Shown piece by piece: positions 8,916-18,743 of a stretch of DNA of 32,000 nucleotides. The stretch is taken from assembly GCF_000012465.1 (NCBI RefSeq), contig NC_007335.2, positions 420,001 to 452,000 on the forward strand. The letters run 5' to 3'. A program made the translations under genes and the position numbers. The notes under the pieces are model-generated. The model was given only the letters and a program-made list of their open reading frames with translations, searched no databases and was not told where the DNA came from. Numbering within the stretch: position 1 is the first letter of the stretch; every line of letters starts with the position of its first letter. Source of the stretch: Prochlorococcus marinus str. NATL2A. GTDB lineage: Bacteria; Cyanobacteriota; Cyanobacteriia; PCC-6307; Cyanobiaceae.

Positions 8916-9398
8916 TCAATCTATTCTCAATTCTTTTCTTCTACAAAAACTACATTTACCCCATAATTTAACTTCTCCCTTGGGAGATGGGACTTTGCAA
9001 ATAGGACAATTGGTGATTCCAGTCTTATCAGTTCTACTTGGGTGCTTTTCCCATATTTCTTTTTCACTCTCCCTTGTAACTAAATCTTTGGGGTAATGTT
9101 GTCTAATCCGAATCTCTTTTATTTGATAGCCATATGATTTTAAAGACGCAATTAATTCTAAGCGGTTGTACTGGATAGCCTGTCTCCACTGAGGATGACT
9201 TGCTCCAATCGTTAAAATTTTATTTTGAATATTGAGTGGTGTGCTATTAAATGCGAGTTGTTCCCCAGCTATTGCTACCCAATCTTGAATAAGTCCCCCG
9301 ACATTCCCTTTCCATGAAGACTTGATTTCCTCTAAACATGTATAAATTGACTGCTCTTTTTTTTCTTTTTTTTTATGCTTTAAGTCTTCTAAAATCAA
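8916..9398 (-). CDS. DUF721-like protein with C-terminal CxxC...CxxC zinc ribbon
   Basis: It is 160 aa with a central DUF721-like region (LTIGASHPQWRQAIQYNRLELIASLK). The C-terminal CPICKVPSPKGEVKLWGKCSFC is a four-Cys ribbon. The function is unknown. Confidence 0.6.
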   Translation of the reverse strand: MILEDLKHKKKEKKEQSIYTCLEEIKSSWKGNVGGLIQDWVAIAGEQLAFNSTPLNIQNKILTIGASHPQWRQAIQYNRLELIASLKSYGYQIKEIRIRQHYPKDLVTRESEKEIWEKHPSRTDKTGITNCPICKVPSPKGEVKLWGKCSFCRRKELRID

Positions 9399-9471
9399 TT
9401 TTAATTAGACACTATTGGTGAGTTAGTGCTTAAATCTAGCTAATATTTTCTAGATTGCATAAAAAATCCTA

Positions 9472-10248
9472 ATGGGATTATTCGATAGGTTAAGTCGATT
9501 GATAAGGGCAAATCTAAATGCTTTTGTCAGTGATGCAGAAGATCCAATAAAAATACTTGATCAGTCTGTTGCTGATATGCAAGAAGACTTGGTGAAGCTT
9601 CGTCAAGCTGTAGCTATGGCTATTGCAAGTCAAAAAAGATTAGAGAATCAGGCAAATCAAGCAAAAGAGCAAATAAAAAATTGGTTCACCAGAGCTGAAT
9701 TAGCCTTAAAAAAGGAAGAGGATGATCTGGCTAGAGAAGCATTAAGTAGAAAAAAAACATTTCAAGAAACTTATGAATCTTTATCGACTCAATTTCAAAC
9801 ACAAAATGGTCAAGTTGAAAAACTAAAAAAAAGCCTTTTGTTATTAGAGAGAAAGATTGCCGAGGCTCGAACTAAAAAAGATATGCTTAAAGCAAGAGCT
9901 CAGGCAGCCAAGGCTCAGGAACAAATTCAAAGTGCAGTTGGTGATTTAGGGAGCAAGTCCGCTATGGCTGCTTTTGAAAGAATGGAGGATAAAGTAGAGG
10001 CATTGGAAGCTTCTGGGCAAGCTGCATTAGAGTTAGCAGGAGAAGATCTAGAAAGTAAGTTCGCAGCATTAGAAGGAGGTGATGATATTGAGAAAGAGTT
10101 AGAGACATTGAGGACTCAATTGAAATCGGGAGTTGAGGCAATAGCGTTGCCTCCGTCTGATTTAGATGTCAATGAAGTAAAAACAGTAGAAATCCAAGAA
10201 GTTGAAGTTGAATTAGAGGAGATGAAAAAATCAATGGATAATTCTTGA
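9472..10248 (+). CDS. vipp1: Vipp1/IM30 (PspA family, thylakoid membrane biogenesis and maintenance)
   Basis: The N-terminus MGLFDRLSRLIRANLNAFVSDAEDPIKILDQSVADMQEDL is a canonical PspA/IM30 amphipathic helix followed by coiled coil. The acidic C-terminal extension beyond PspA length favours Vipp1. Confidence 0.9.
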   Translation: MGLFDRLSRLIRANLNAFVSDAEDPIKILDQSVADMQEDLVKLRQAVAMAIASQKRLENQANQAKEQIKNWFTRAELALKKEEDDLAREALSRKKTFQETYESLSTQFQTQNGQVEKLKKSLLLLERKIAEARTKKDMLKARAQAAKAQEQIQSAVGDLGSKSAMAAFERMEDKVEALEASGQAALELAGEDLESKFAALEGGDDIEKELETLRTQLKSGVEAIALPPSDLDVNEVKTVEIQEVEVELEEMKKSMDNS

Positions 10249-10276
10249 TTTTTCAAGAACACATTACCTTTGAGAT

Positions 10277-11041
10277 ATGAATAATCAAAAATTCGATAGA
10301 GGGGTTGGGTTGATTTATAAATATCACAAATCAAATCATTGCTCTCCCAAGTCTTGGAGATTAATGCTGAAAACTATATGTGCTAGTACAGAAATAGAAC
10401 TATCAAAATGGATTACAGAAAAACCAGTAAAAAAAAATCAGCCAATAGCTATTTTTTCTTCTTGCCAAAGATTTGGTAAAGGTCAAGCTGGTCGAATTTG
10501 GCATGCACCAAAAGGAGGGGTTTGGGTTAGTGCGGCTATTAACAGGGAAGATTCTTGTGAAAATAATTCTCAGCTTTATGGGTTAGCGGTGGCTTTAGCT
10601 TTGGTTGAAAGAATTGAACGGATAGGAGTTAATGTCAATATAAAATGGCCTAATGATCTATTGGTTGATGGACAAAAATTAGCTGGAATCTTACCTAGAT
10701 TATTTTTTAGAGGAGGAAAACTTAGATTATTAAGAGTTGGAGTAGGTTTAAACGTTTTTAATAATGTTCCTCAAGAAGGGATTTCACTAAAACAAATTAT
10801 TGGAGATAAAACGATGAATATAAATTTTTGGTCTTCAGAAGTTCTACTTGCAATAGAAAGATCTTTAGATCTTTTAGATAATAAAAATTTTTTGTGCAGT
10901 CAGGTTGAACAAAGACTGTGGTCAAGAAAATACATTGATAAAGAAACTGGATTGAAATGGGATATTAAAGGTATAGATTCAAGTGGAGGATTGAATCTTT
11001 CTAAAGAAGATAAAGTGAAAGTCTTGTCTAATTATGCATGA
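10277..11041 (+). CDS. birA: Biotin--[acetyl-CoA-carboxylase] ligase (group I, no HTH domain)
   Basis: It has the biotin-binding loop GKGQAGRIWHAPKGG (a GRGRxGRxW-type variant) and KWPNDLLVDGQKLAGIL. The true start may be the internal Met at 10364 (MLKTICAST...). Confidence 0.8.
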   Translation: MNNQKFDRGVGLIYKYHKSNHCSPKSWRLMLKTICASTEIELSKWITEKPVKKNQPIAIFSSCQRFGKGQAGRIWHAPKGGVWVSAAINREDSCENNSQLYGLAVALALVERIERIGVNVNIKWPNDLLVDGQKLAGILPRLFFRGGKLRLLRVGVGLNVFNNVPQEGISLKQIIGDKTMNINFWSSEVLLAIERSLDLLDNKNFLCSQVEQRLWSRKYIDKETGLKWDIKGIDSSGGLNLSKEDKVKVLSNYA

Positions 11042-11050
11042 TTGCTTGAG

Positions 11051-11791
11051 CTAATTATGAGTAATCTCTATTACTTTGCCATCTCTAAACCGTGCTATTT
11101 TTTTTGCTCTTTGAGCAACATTGTCTTCATGAGTAACTAAGACAATTGTGATTCCTTGACTATGAAGTTGGTCAAACAGATTTAAAACATCTTCAGTAGT
11201 TTTGGAATCAAGAGCACCAGTTGGTTCGTCTGCTAATAAAAGGGATGGTTTATTGATTATTGCCCTTGCTATGGCAACTCGTTGTTGTTGTCCACCTGAT
11301 AATTGATTAGGAAGATTGGTCATCCTATTCCCAAGCCCTACTCGTTTAAGAGCCTCTTCAGCTCGCTTCTCTCTCTCTAAAGAGGGGACACATGCATAAA
11401 TCATTGGAAGCATGACATTCTCAAGTGCTGAAACTTCTTGAAGCAGATGAAATTGTTGAAAAACAAAACCAAGTTCTTTGTTTCTAATATCTGCTAGCAA
11501 GTCATCATCAAGCTTTTCTACAGCAGTTCCATTTAATTCATAAGTCCCATTAGTAGGACGATCAAGGCATCCAAGTATATTCATTGCAGTACTTTTCCCA
11601 GATCCACTTGCACCCATAACAGCAAGGTAATCGCCCTGATAAACCTCAAGGTTTAGTTCGTCAAGAGCTTTCACTTTGACTGAGCCTTCCCCATAAAATT
11701 TATTTATATTAGTTAGTCGCGCTACAGACTTTTTCAATGATTTTAATTGGTTAACCAATTGAACTTTTACTTGCAAGAGTAATGGCTTCAC
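11051..11791 (-). CDS. ABC transporter ATP-binding protein (MacB/LolD/DevA-like subfamily), orphan
   Basis: Walker [10 protein letters not shown], the Q-loop, the signature [14 protein letters not shown], Walker B LLLADEPT and the H-loop VTHE are present. The listed GTG start at 11791 overlaps the ndhB 3' end by 41 nt. An in-frame TTG at 11737 ([16 protein letters not shown]...) avoids the overlap and gives a typical N-terminus. Confidence 0.85.
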   Translation of the reverse strand: MKPLLLQVKVQLVNQLKSLKKSVARLTNINKFYGEGSVKVKALDELNLEVYQGDYLAVMGASGSGKSTAMNILGCLDRPTNGTYELNGTAVEKLDDDLLADIRNKELGFVFQQFHLLQEVSALENVMLPMIYACVPSLEREKRAEEALKRVGLGNRMTNLPNQLSGGQQQRVAIARAIINKPSLLLADEPTGALDSKTTEDVLNLFDQLHSQGITIVLVTHEDNVAQRAKKIARFRDGKVIEITHN

Positions 11792-13313
11792 GAAGTAATG
11801 GCGTTCCGTTTACCGCACTATCTGCAAAATTGAAGAGAGGGTTTGAAATAATTCCACCAATAGCAGTTACGAGAACACAAAAAATCAATGCCACTTTGAG
11901 AGATGACATCCCAGGAATTGACCATTCTATTGATGGATATGCTTTTACAACATCTGAGGCTTCTTTAGGTTCTGTTACTACCATCATTTTTATAACTGAT
12001 ATGTAGTAGTAAATTGAAATAACTGACGTAACTAGGCCGACAGTTACTAGTAAGTATTGCCCATCTGCCCATCCAGCAAAAAATAAATAAATCTTCCCGA
12101 AGAATCCCAACATTGGAGGAATACCTCCCAAGGAAAGAAGGCATAAACTTAATCCTAATGTGATTAATGGATCTTTTTGGTACAGTCCTGCATAATCTGA
12201 AATTTGATCACTACCCGTTCTGATTGAGAAAAGGATTATGCAGGCAAAAGCGCCAAGATTCATAAACAAATAAGCAGCCATGTATAGAACCATTGCGGCG
12301 AAACCATCTTCAGTTCCGCAAACCAAGCCAATCATTACAAAGCCAGCTTGTCCAATTGAACTATAAGCAAGCATCCTTTTCATTGATTTTTGAGCTAGCG
12401 CTACAACATTTCCCAGAGACATACTGAGAACAGCTAAAACAGTAAATAGCAATTTCCATTGTGTGTCAAAAGCACTAAAACATCCGACTAGTATTCTTAT
12501 TGCGAGTGCAAAACCTGCTGCTTTGGAACCTACTGATAAGAAGGCAACTACTGGCGTAGGAGAACCTTCGTAAACATCGGGTGTCCATTGATGAAATGGA
12601 ACTGCTGCAATTTTGAAAGCTACTGTAGATAATACGAAAACCAGTGCTAATGCAGACAAAGGTGTAGGAGCACTTAGTAAAGTTGTTCCTATTTCTTTTA
12701 AATTTGTAGACCCACTTATTCCATAGAGGAGGGATGCTCCATACAAAAATACAGCTGCTGCAGCAGAACCAACTAACAGATATTTCAAAGCTGCTTCTGA
12801 ACTTCTTGAGTCTCTTTTGAGATATCCAGAAAGCAGATAGCTAGCCACGGAAAGTGTTTCCAATGACACGAAAACACTGACCAAATCAGTTGAACCACAT
12901 AGAAGCATTGCTCCAAGAGTGGCAGCTAATAATATTGCAGCAAATTCACCAATAGGACTTCCATTTTGATCAGCATATCTCCAACTTATAAGTAGAGAAA
13001 TAAGAGTTGAAAGAACTATCACCCCTCTAAAAGCAATAGCAAGATTGTCTGCAATAAATGCACCTAAAAAAGATTCTTGAATTTCTCCATCCCATTGCAT
13101 TGCCAGCAAAATCAAAGCACTACCAAGACCTGCGTAACATATTGGAGGGGACCAGCGGGCTGATATCTTTTCACCAGCCAAATCAACCAAAAGTGTTCCA
13201 AGCATTGCCATTAGAACGGCAGCCTCTGGAAGAACAGCTTTGGCATTTAAAGAAAGATTTAAAAGCTCCACAGGTTCATTTATGAATATTTGAAAAGACA
13301 AAAGTTCTCCCAT
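11751..13313 (-). CDS. ndhB: NAD(P)H-quinone oxidoreductase (NDH-1) subunit 2
   Basis: This is a 520-aa polytopic antiporter-like subunit. The N-terminal [14 protein letters not shown]... and the conserved [23 protein letters not shown] motif are typical of cyanobacterial and plastid NdhB. Confidence 0.95.
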   Translation of the reverse strand: MGELLSFQIFINEPVELLNLSLNAKAVLPEAAVLMAMLGTLLVDLAGEKISARWSPPICYAGLGSALILLAMQWDGEIQESFLGAFIADNLAIAFRGVIVLSTLISLLISWRYADQNGSPIGEFAAILLAATLGAMLLCGSTDLVSVFVSLETLSVASYLLSGYLKRDSRSSEAALKYLLVGSAAAAVFLYGASLLYGISGSTNLKEIGTTLLSAPTPLSALALVFVLSTVAFKIAAVPFHQWTPDVYEGSPTPVVAFLSVGSKAAGFALAIRILVGCFSAFDTQWKLLFTVLAVLSMSLGNVVALAQKSMKRMLAYSSIGQAGFVMIGLVCGTEDGFAAMVLYMAAYLFMNLGAFACIILFSIRTGSDQISDYAGLYQKDPLITLGLSLCLLSLGGIPPMLGFFGKIYLFFAGWADGQYLLVTVGLVTSVISIYYYISVIKMMVVTEPKEASDVVKAYPSIEWSIPGMSSLKVALIFCVLVTAIGGIISNPLFNFADSAVNGTPLLREAITLASKSSIG

Positions 13314-13443
13314 TTATGTATTGTTTTTAAGCAGTGTCAGATTTTATAACTCTAGCGAAGTTATGAAATATGCCTTTTTTATCATTTTGGGCTATGCATT
13401 TTACTATTCAGTACGTTAGATAAGAAGGAGGAAAACTGAGCTG

Positions 13444-16350
13444 ATGCCCACTGACCATACTCTGGTGATTGTTGAAAGTCCTACAAAGGCAAAAACTATT
13501 AGAGGGTTTTTGCCTAAGGACTTTCAGGTTCTTGCGTCAATGGGGCACATAAGAGACTTGCCTAACAATGCATCTGAGATCCCTGCGAAGCACAAAGGCG
13601 AAAAGTGGGCAACGATTGGAGTTAATACAACTGCTGATTTTGATCCTTTGTACGTTGTACCCAAAGACAAGAAAAAAATTGTCAAGGAATTAAAACAATC
13701 TTTGAAGGGTGCTAGTGAATTGTTGCTTGCGACTGATGAAGATAGAGAAGGAGAAAGTATAAGTTGGCATTTAATGAATGTGCTTGACCCGAAAATCCCT
13801 GTGAAGAGGATGGTCTTTCATGAGATAACTAAAGAAGCTATTTCCAAAGCTCTATCGAAAACAAGAGCAATTGATATGGAATTAGTTCATGCCCAAGAGA
13901 CAAGGAGGATCTTAGACAGATTAGTTGGGTACACGCTTTCTCCTCTTTTATGGAAGAAAGTTTCATGGGGTTTATCTGCAGGAAGAGTTCAATCAGTTGC
14001 AGTAAGATTGCTAGTTCTGAGAGAGAGAGCAAGGAGAGCTTTCAAAAGCGGGAGTTATTGGGACTTAAAAGCAAAATTAGAGAAAGAAGGTAGTGAATTT
14101 GAGGTGAAAATGACCTCAATTGGTGGGAAAAGAATTGCTACAGGTAGTGATTTTGATGAGTCAACGGGATTATTGAAATCTGGCCGAAATGTCATATTAC
14201 TCAAGGAAGAGGAGTCTAAGGAACTTGCACAAAAATTAACTACTGATAAATGGAAAGTTGTTAATGTCGAGGAAAAGCCGTCAATCCGTAAACCAGTTCC
14301 TCCTTTTACAACAAGCACATTACAACAAGAGGCTAATAGAAAACTTCGATTATCAGCTAGGGAGACTATGAGATGTGCTCAGGGTTTGTATGAAAGAGGT
14401 TTTATTACATATATGAGAACAGATTCTGTTCATCTGTCTGATCAGGCAATTAATGCCTCACGAAATTGTGTTGAATCAAAATATGGTGTTGAATATTTAA
14501 GTAAAAAGCCCCGACAATTCTCCAACAAGACGAGAAATGCTCAAGAAGCCCATGAAGCAATACGTCCTTCTGGTGAGAGCTTTAAAACACCCAAAGAGTC
14601 AAACTTGCAAGGTAGGGATCTTTCTTTATACGAACTTATTTGGAAACGGACAGTTGCTAGTCAAATGGCCGATGCAAGGTTGACAATGCTTGGAGTCGAA
14701 TTAAAAGCATCGGATGTATCTTTTCGGGCTAGTGGTAAACGAATAGATTTTCCTGGATTCTTTAGAGCTTATGTTGAAGGTACTGATGATCCTGATAGTG
14801 CACTTGAAGGACAAGAAGTGCTTTTGCCTAAATTAGAGGTAGGAGATTCTCCAACAGCTAAGAATGTAGAGGCATTGGGGCATCAGACTCAACCTCCAGC
14901 TAGATATAGCGAAGCTTCATTAGTTAAAACACTTGAGAAAGAAGGCATAGGTCGTCCGTCAACTTATGCAAGCATTATAGGAACAATTGTAGATCGAGGT
15001 TATTCAGTCCTAAATAACAATTCTTTAACTCCAAGCTTTACAGCATTTGCTGTGACGGCACTTCTTGAAGAACATTTTCCTGATCTTGTAGATACTAGTT
15101 TTACTGCTCGAATGGAATCTACACTTGATGAGATCTCAACAGGAAAAGTGAGTTGGCTTCCATACCTTAAGGGCTTTTATAAGGGTGATACTGGCCTAGA
15201 GAATCAGGTTCAACAAAGGGAAGGGGATATTGATGGAGGCGAGTTTAGAGCTGTTTCCTTGGAGGGACTTTCATCTCTAGTTAGGTTGGGCAAATTTGGA
15301 ACATATCTGGAATCAAAGCAACTGGGTGAAAATGGCAAGCCCATAACAGCTACTCTTCCACAGGAAATTACTCCCGCAGATTTGGATGAGGATATCGCAG
15401 AGATGATTTTAAAACAAAAAGCTGAGGGTCCTGAATCACTTGGGGTTGACCCTGATAGTGGACAGAATCTATATCTATTAAATGGTAGATATGGTCATTT
15501 TGTTCAAAGGGGATTAGTAGTCGAATTGAAAGATCTTGGAATTCCAAAAGGTAAGAAAAAATTAGGAAATCTTCGCTTGTTCAAAAGCAGTCAATATGGA
15601 CTCTATTTGAAGCAGGATTCATCAAAGGTTCAGCTTTTGTTGCCAGAGAATATAAAAGAGGAAGAGATAGATGTTGAAAAAGCACTTGAGTATTTAGATG
15701 ATAAATCATTGAAAAAAGCTCCAAATCCAAAAAGAACTTCCTTGCCAAAGAGTTTAAAACCAGAGGACTTGACCTTTGAGGAGGCCCTTGGATTGATTCA
15801 ATTACCACGTCTACTGGGAGAGCATCCAGAGGGAGGTAGGATTCAATCAAGTTTAGGTAGATTTGGTCCCTATGTGGTTTGGAGTAAAAATGGTGGTGAA
15901 AAAGATTATCGCTCAATTAAAGGTGACGATGACGTTCTTCAAGTAAGCCTAGAAAGAGCTCTTGAGCTTTTATCAATACCTAAAAGAGGAAGAGGCGGAA
16001 GAACTGCGTTGAAGGAACTTGGTATCCCAGAGGGAGAAAAAGAAACTATCCAATTATTTGATGGTCCTTATGGTTTATATGTTAAACAGGGCAAAGTAAA
16101 TGCTTCTCTACCAGAGGGAAAAACCGCTGAAGATATCACTATTGAGGTAGCTATTGAATTATTGGCAGCTAAGAAATCAAGTAAAAAGACAACATCTAAG
16201 AAAAGAAAATCTACACAAAAGACAACCAAGTCAACAAAGAAAGATTTAAACTCATCAGCATCAAAAAAAAGTAGTACTCAAAAAGCGCCCTCTACAACTA
16301 AAACAGGACGTCTAAGAGCCAGTAAAGTAAGGGTAATTAAAACAAAATAA
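13444..16350 (+). CDS. topA: DNA topoisomerase I (type IA) with zinc-free repeat C-terminal domain and Lys-rich tail
   Basis: Toprim motifs IVESPTKAKTI and ATDEDREGE and the active-site region ITYMRTDS are present. A strong SD (AAGGAGG) lies about 10 nt upstream of the ATG. The C-terminal third has five G-x-[FY]-G-x-[YF] repeats and no cysteine. Confidence 0.95.
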   Translation: MPTDHTLVIVESPTKAKTIRGFLPKDFQVLASMGHIRDLPNNASEIPAKHKGEKWATIGVNTTADFDPLYVVPKDKKKIVKELKQSLKGASELLLATDEDREGESISWHLMNVLDPKIPVKRMVFHEITKEAISKALSKTRAIDMELVHAQETRRILDRLVGYTLSPLLWKKVSWGLSAGRVQSVAVRLLVLRERARRAFKSGSYWDLKAKLEKEGSEFEVKMTSIGGKRIATGSDFDESTGLLKSGRNVILLKEEESKELAQKLTTDKWKVVNVEEKPSIRKPVPPFTTSTLQQEANRKLRLSARETMRCAQGLYERGFITYMRTDSVHLSDQAINASRNCVESKYGVEYLSKKPRQFSNKTRNAQEAHEAIRPSGESFKTPKESNLQGRDLSLYELIWKRTVASQMADARLTMLGVELKASDVSFRASGKRIDFPGFFRAYVEGTDDPDSALEGQEVLLPKLEVGDSPTAKNVEALGHQTQPPARYSEASLVKTLEKEGIGRPSTYASIIGTIVDRGYSVLNNNSLTPSFTAFAVTALLEEHFPDLVDTSFTARMESTLDEISTGKVSWLPYLKGFYKGDTGLENQVQQREGDIDGGEFRAVSLEGLSSLVRLGKFGTYLESKQLGENGKPITATLPQEITPADLDEDIAEMILKQKAEGPESLGVDPDSGQNLYLLNGRYGHFVQRGLVVELKDLGIPKGKKKLGNLRLFKSSQYGLYLKQDSSKVQLLLPENIKEEEIDVEKALEYLDDKSLKKAPNPKRTSLPKSLKPEDLTFEEALGLIQLPRLLGEHPEGGRIQSSLGRFGPYVVWSKNGGEKDYRSIKGDDDVLQVSLERALELLSIPKRGRGGRTALKELGIPEGEKETIQLFDGPYGLYVKQGKVNASLPEGKTAEDITIEVAIELLAAKKSSKKTTSKKRKSTQKTTKSTKKDLNSSASKKSSTQKAPSTTKTGRLRASKVRVIKTK

Positions 16351-16354
16351 AGTT

Positions 16355-16843
16355 TTGAATATTACTAGATTAGTTGAGAAAATATTTATTAGATCATTTC
16401 TAATAGTTACCTTTTTTGCTCTTCAATCATGCTCAAATACTCTAATTGGCGAAAAGTTGGAAAGTAGTTTTGATAGCATGGAAAAACCAAGAACTCCAGA
16501 AAAAACTAATATTAAGCCACAGAAACCTGATGAAAAAACAAAAATCAAATCAATACCGAAAGATGATAAGAAAGAAAATAAAAATGCTTTTGCTAATACA
16601 GTTAAAGAAAATTCAATATCTAATAAAGATAGACTTAGTAAAAAAATAACCAAATCAAAAAAGAAGACTATTTTTAATCCACAACCCTACAGAATTATCT
16701 TAAGATTATCAGGTGCAAATCCATCTGCACCAGCGGAGACGGTTACTGAGGCTCTGAGGACTGCAGGTGTCCAATTTGAGGTGGAGAAGATCGAACGTTT
16801 TGATGAGGAGGATTTGTCAAAGGATTCATCTTTTAAAAGATAA
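16355..16843 (+). CDS. Hypothetical Lys-rich putative lipoprotein
   Basis: It has a TTG start 4 nt after the topA stop and a signal-like N-terminus with a relaxed lipobox (FFALQS|C). A low-complexity K/E/P-rich linker leads to a compact C-terminal domain (YRIILRLSGANPSAPAETVTEALRTAGVQFEVEKIERF). I recognise no family. Confidence 0.5.
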   Translation: MNITRLVEKIFIRSFLIVTFFALQSCSNTLIGEKLESSFDSMEKPRTPEKTNIKPQKPDEKTKIKSIPKDDKKENKNAFANTVKENSISNKDRLSKKITKSKKKTIFNPQPYRIILRLSGANPSAPAETVTEALRTAGVQFEVEKIERFDEEDLSKDSSFKR

Positions 16844-16848
16844 TAATT

Positions 16849-17535
16849 TTGAACTTAGACAATAAAAACTCTTTAAAAAGTAGATCTCTTTATAAAGCCC
16901 CTCTAAGTAAGAGACAAGCTTTGAAAATCGTTGAGTCCTCTTATCTTGCGGCTGCAACAGCTTTGATTTGGATAGCTCTTTATTATTTGCCTATTGGCGG
17001 AGCTGTTTTTCGTCTTGCTTTACCATTGCCATTGGCTCTTCTTCAAATTCGGAGAGGTGTCAAAACAGGTATTGAGGGAGTGACAATATGCGTAATGCTA
17101 TTAACTGTTCTGATGGGTCCGCTAAGAGGACCTTTAGTGCTTTTTCCGTATGGATTGCTTTCCTTATGGTTAGGATATTGTTGGGAAAAGGGATGGAATT
17201 GGTGGTTAAGTTGGAGTGTTGGAGTCTCGATTGGAACGATGGGTTTTCTTGTTAGGGTTTTCGTCTTGTCTTTGTTGGTTGGTGAGAATCTATGGGTTAT
17301 TCTTACTCGTGCTGGAGCGGGATTGCTTGAAAAAGGAATAGATATTTTTAATCTTTCTTTTACTCCCGATATGAGACAAGTTCAAATAGTTGCACTATGT
17401 CTAATTATTACTCAAGAAATCATTTACGTTCTATGTTTGCATGCTTTGGCTTATTGGATTTTCCCTAGACTCAAGTCATCTATACCTGAACCACCCGCTT
17501 TGCTAGAAAAATTAATTTCTCTAGAATCTAACTGA
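16849..17535 (+). CDS. Polytopic membrane protein, DUF2232 (YybS)-like
   Basis: It has a TTG start 5 nt after the previous stop and 5-6 hydrophobic helices. The segment LALPLPLALLQIRRGVKTG resembles the conserved loop of DUF2232-type proteins. The assignment is from memory, not from a search. Confidence 0.5.
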   Translation: MNLDNKNSLKSRSLYKAPLSKRQALKIVESSYLAAATALIWIALYYLPIGGAVFRLALPLPLALLQIRRGVKTGIEGVTICVMLLTVLMGPLRGPLVLFPYGLLSLWLGYCWEKGWNWWLSWSVGVSIGTMGFLVRVFVLSLLVGENLWVILTRAGAGLLEKGIDIFNLSFTPDMRQVQIVALCLIITQEIIYVLCLHALAYWIFPRLKSSIPEPPALLEKLISLESN

Positions 17536-17541
17536 TTAAAA

Positions 17542-18738
17542 ATGACAGGAGACAACTACGTTTTGTTGCCGTCGAGAGTTTTGGCTTTTGGAGAAGGCCT
17601 CCATGAGCAAAATGTTGAAGAAAGAGTTCAAAGATGGCAAGAAAATATTACGAACATGGCTTTCTTTTTAATTCTTGCTGGATCTCAAACCGCTGAGATT
17701 GAGGGGATTTCTGCTGCTGGTTCAACTGCTGTTTCAAGACGTTATACAGCTGTTGCAGATGCTGAACTTTTATTAAGAGGACCTAATGTTCCGAAAAAAT
17801 GGCCTTTGCCTCCTTTACCCGCAGGGGTCTCTCCTGCATTGATTAGTTACGTTGCCTCAAGTTTTTTGAAAATTAAACCAACAATAATATCTGCAGGACT
17901 ACTACAAACTCCTCCCTTTACGCATGTTTCCTTAGAACCACCAGAGATTGGTCCCGCTAGATGCTTGAGTTCAGGAAATGCAATGGAAAGAGCTAGGGTT
18001 AAACTTTTATTCGAGGGTGGTTATGAGATAGGTAAGAAATTAAAAAAATCTCTTTTGCTCACAGAGTGTGTCCCTGGAGGTACCTCTACAGCTTTTGCTG
18101 TTCTTTCTGGGTTGGGAATAAATGTTAATGGTCTTATAAGTGGAAGTCATAGAAATCCACCTTCAGAATTAAAAATAAAATTAGTTAAACAAGGACTTGA
18201 GGCTGCGAGATTAAAGAAGAATCCATCTTCTGTTGAGCTAATGGCTGCTGTTGGTGATCCATTTCAGCCAATTGCAGTTGGTCTTTTAATGGGAGCTAGA
18301 GAATCTGGCCAGGAGATTTTATTAGGAGGAGGTTGTCAAATGTTGGCAGTGTTGGCGCTGGCATTAAATGAAATTGAACCTGAGTCACGCTCTGAATTTG
18401 TTGGTAAAATTTTAATAGGGACCACATCATGGTTAGTTGATGAATCACTTTCTTCTTCGGAAAATAGAAATTCTTTTATTCATTTAATGAATCATGTCGC
18501 TAATCATTTCAAAGTAAATATCCTAGGTCTCGCTAGTGGTTATAGATTTAATGATAGTAAGCAAAAGGTTTTGCGAGATTATGAGATTGGTTACGTCAAA
18601 GAAGGTGTTGGCGCTGGTGCATTATCGTTACTCGCTCAAATCAAGGGGTTGACTCAGAAAGAAATGATTCAAAGATGTGATATTGAGGTTAGTAATCTAT
18701 TTAAGTTTGATAATGAAAAAACTTGTCAAGGGATCTAA
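17542..18738 (+). CDS. UPF0284 / archaeal-type CobT-like protein (nicotinate-nucleotide--base phosphoribosyltransferase homologue)
   Basis: The motifs FFLILAGSQTAEIEGISAAGS, RRYTAVADAELL and ECVPGGTSTA match the pattern I recall for the TIGR00303/UPF0284 CobT-homologue family. The ATG lies 6 nt after the previous stop. Confidence 0.7.
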   Translation: MTGDNYVLLPSRVLAFGEGLHEQNVEERVQRWQENITNMAFFLILAGSQTAEIEGISAAGSTAVSRRYTAVADAELLLRGPNVPKKWPLPPLPAGVSPALISYVASSFLKIKPTIISAGLLQTPPFTHVSLEPPEIGPARCLSSGNAMERARVKLLFEGGYEIGKKLKKSLLLTECVPGGTSTAFAVLSGLGINVNGLISGSHRNPPSELKIKLVKQGLEAARLKKNPSSVELMAAVGDPFQPIAVGLLMGARESGQEILLGGGCQMLAVLALALNEIEPESRSEFVGKILIGTTSWLVDESLSSSENRNSFIHLMNHVANHFKVNILGLASGYRFNDSKQKVLRDYEIGYVKEGVGAGALSLLAQIKGLTQKEMIQRCDIEVSNLFKFDNEKTCQGI

Positions 18739-18743
18739 GTAAT

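Noticed and set aside
10242-10259. A 7-bp perfect hairpin, TTCTTGA-TTTT-TCAAGAA, overlaps the vipp1 stop codon and could be a terminator or attenuator before birA.
   Set aside because: The stem is short and AT-rich and no U-tract follows it (CACATTACC). Such palindromes are expected by chance in AT-rich DNA, so I did not call it a feature.
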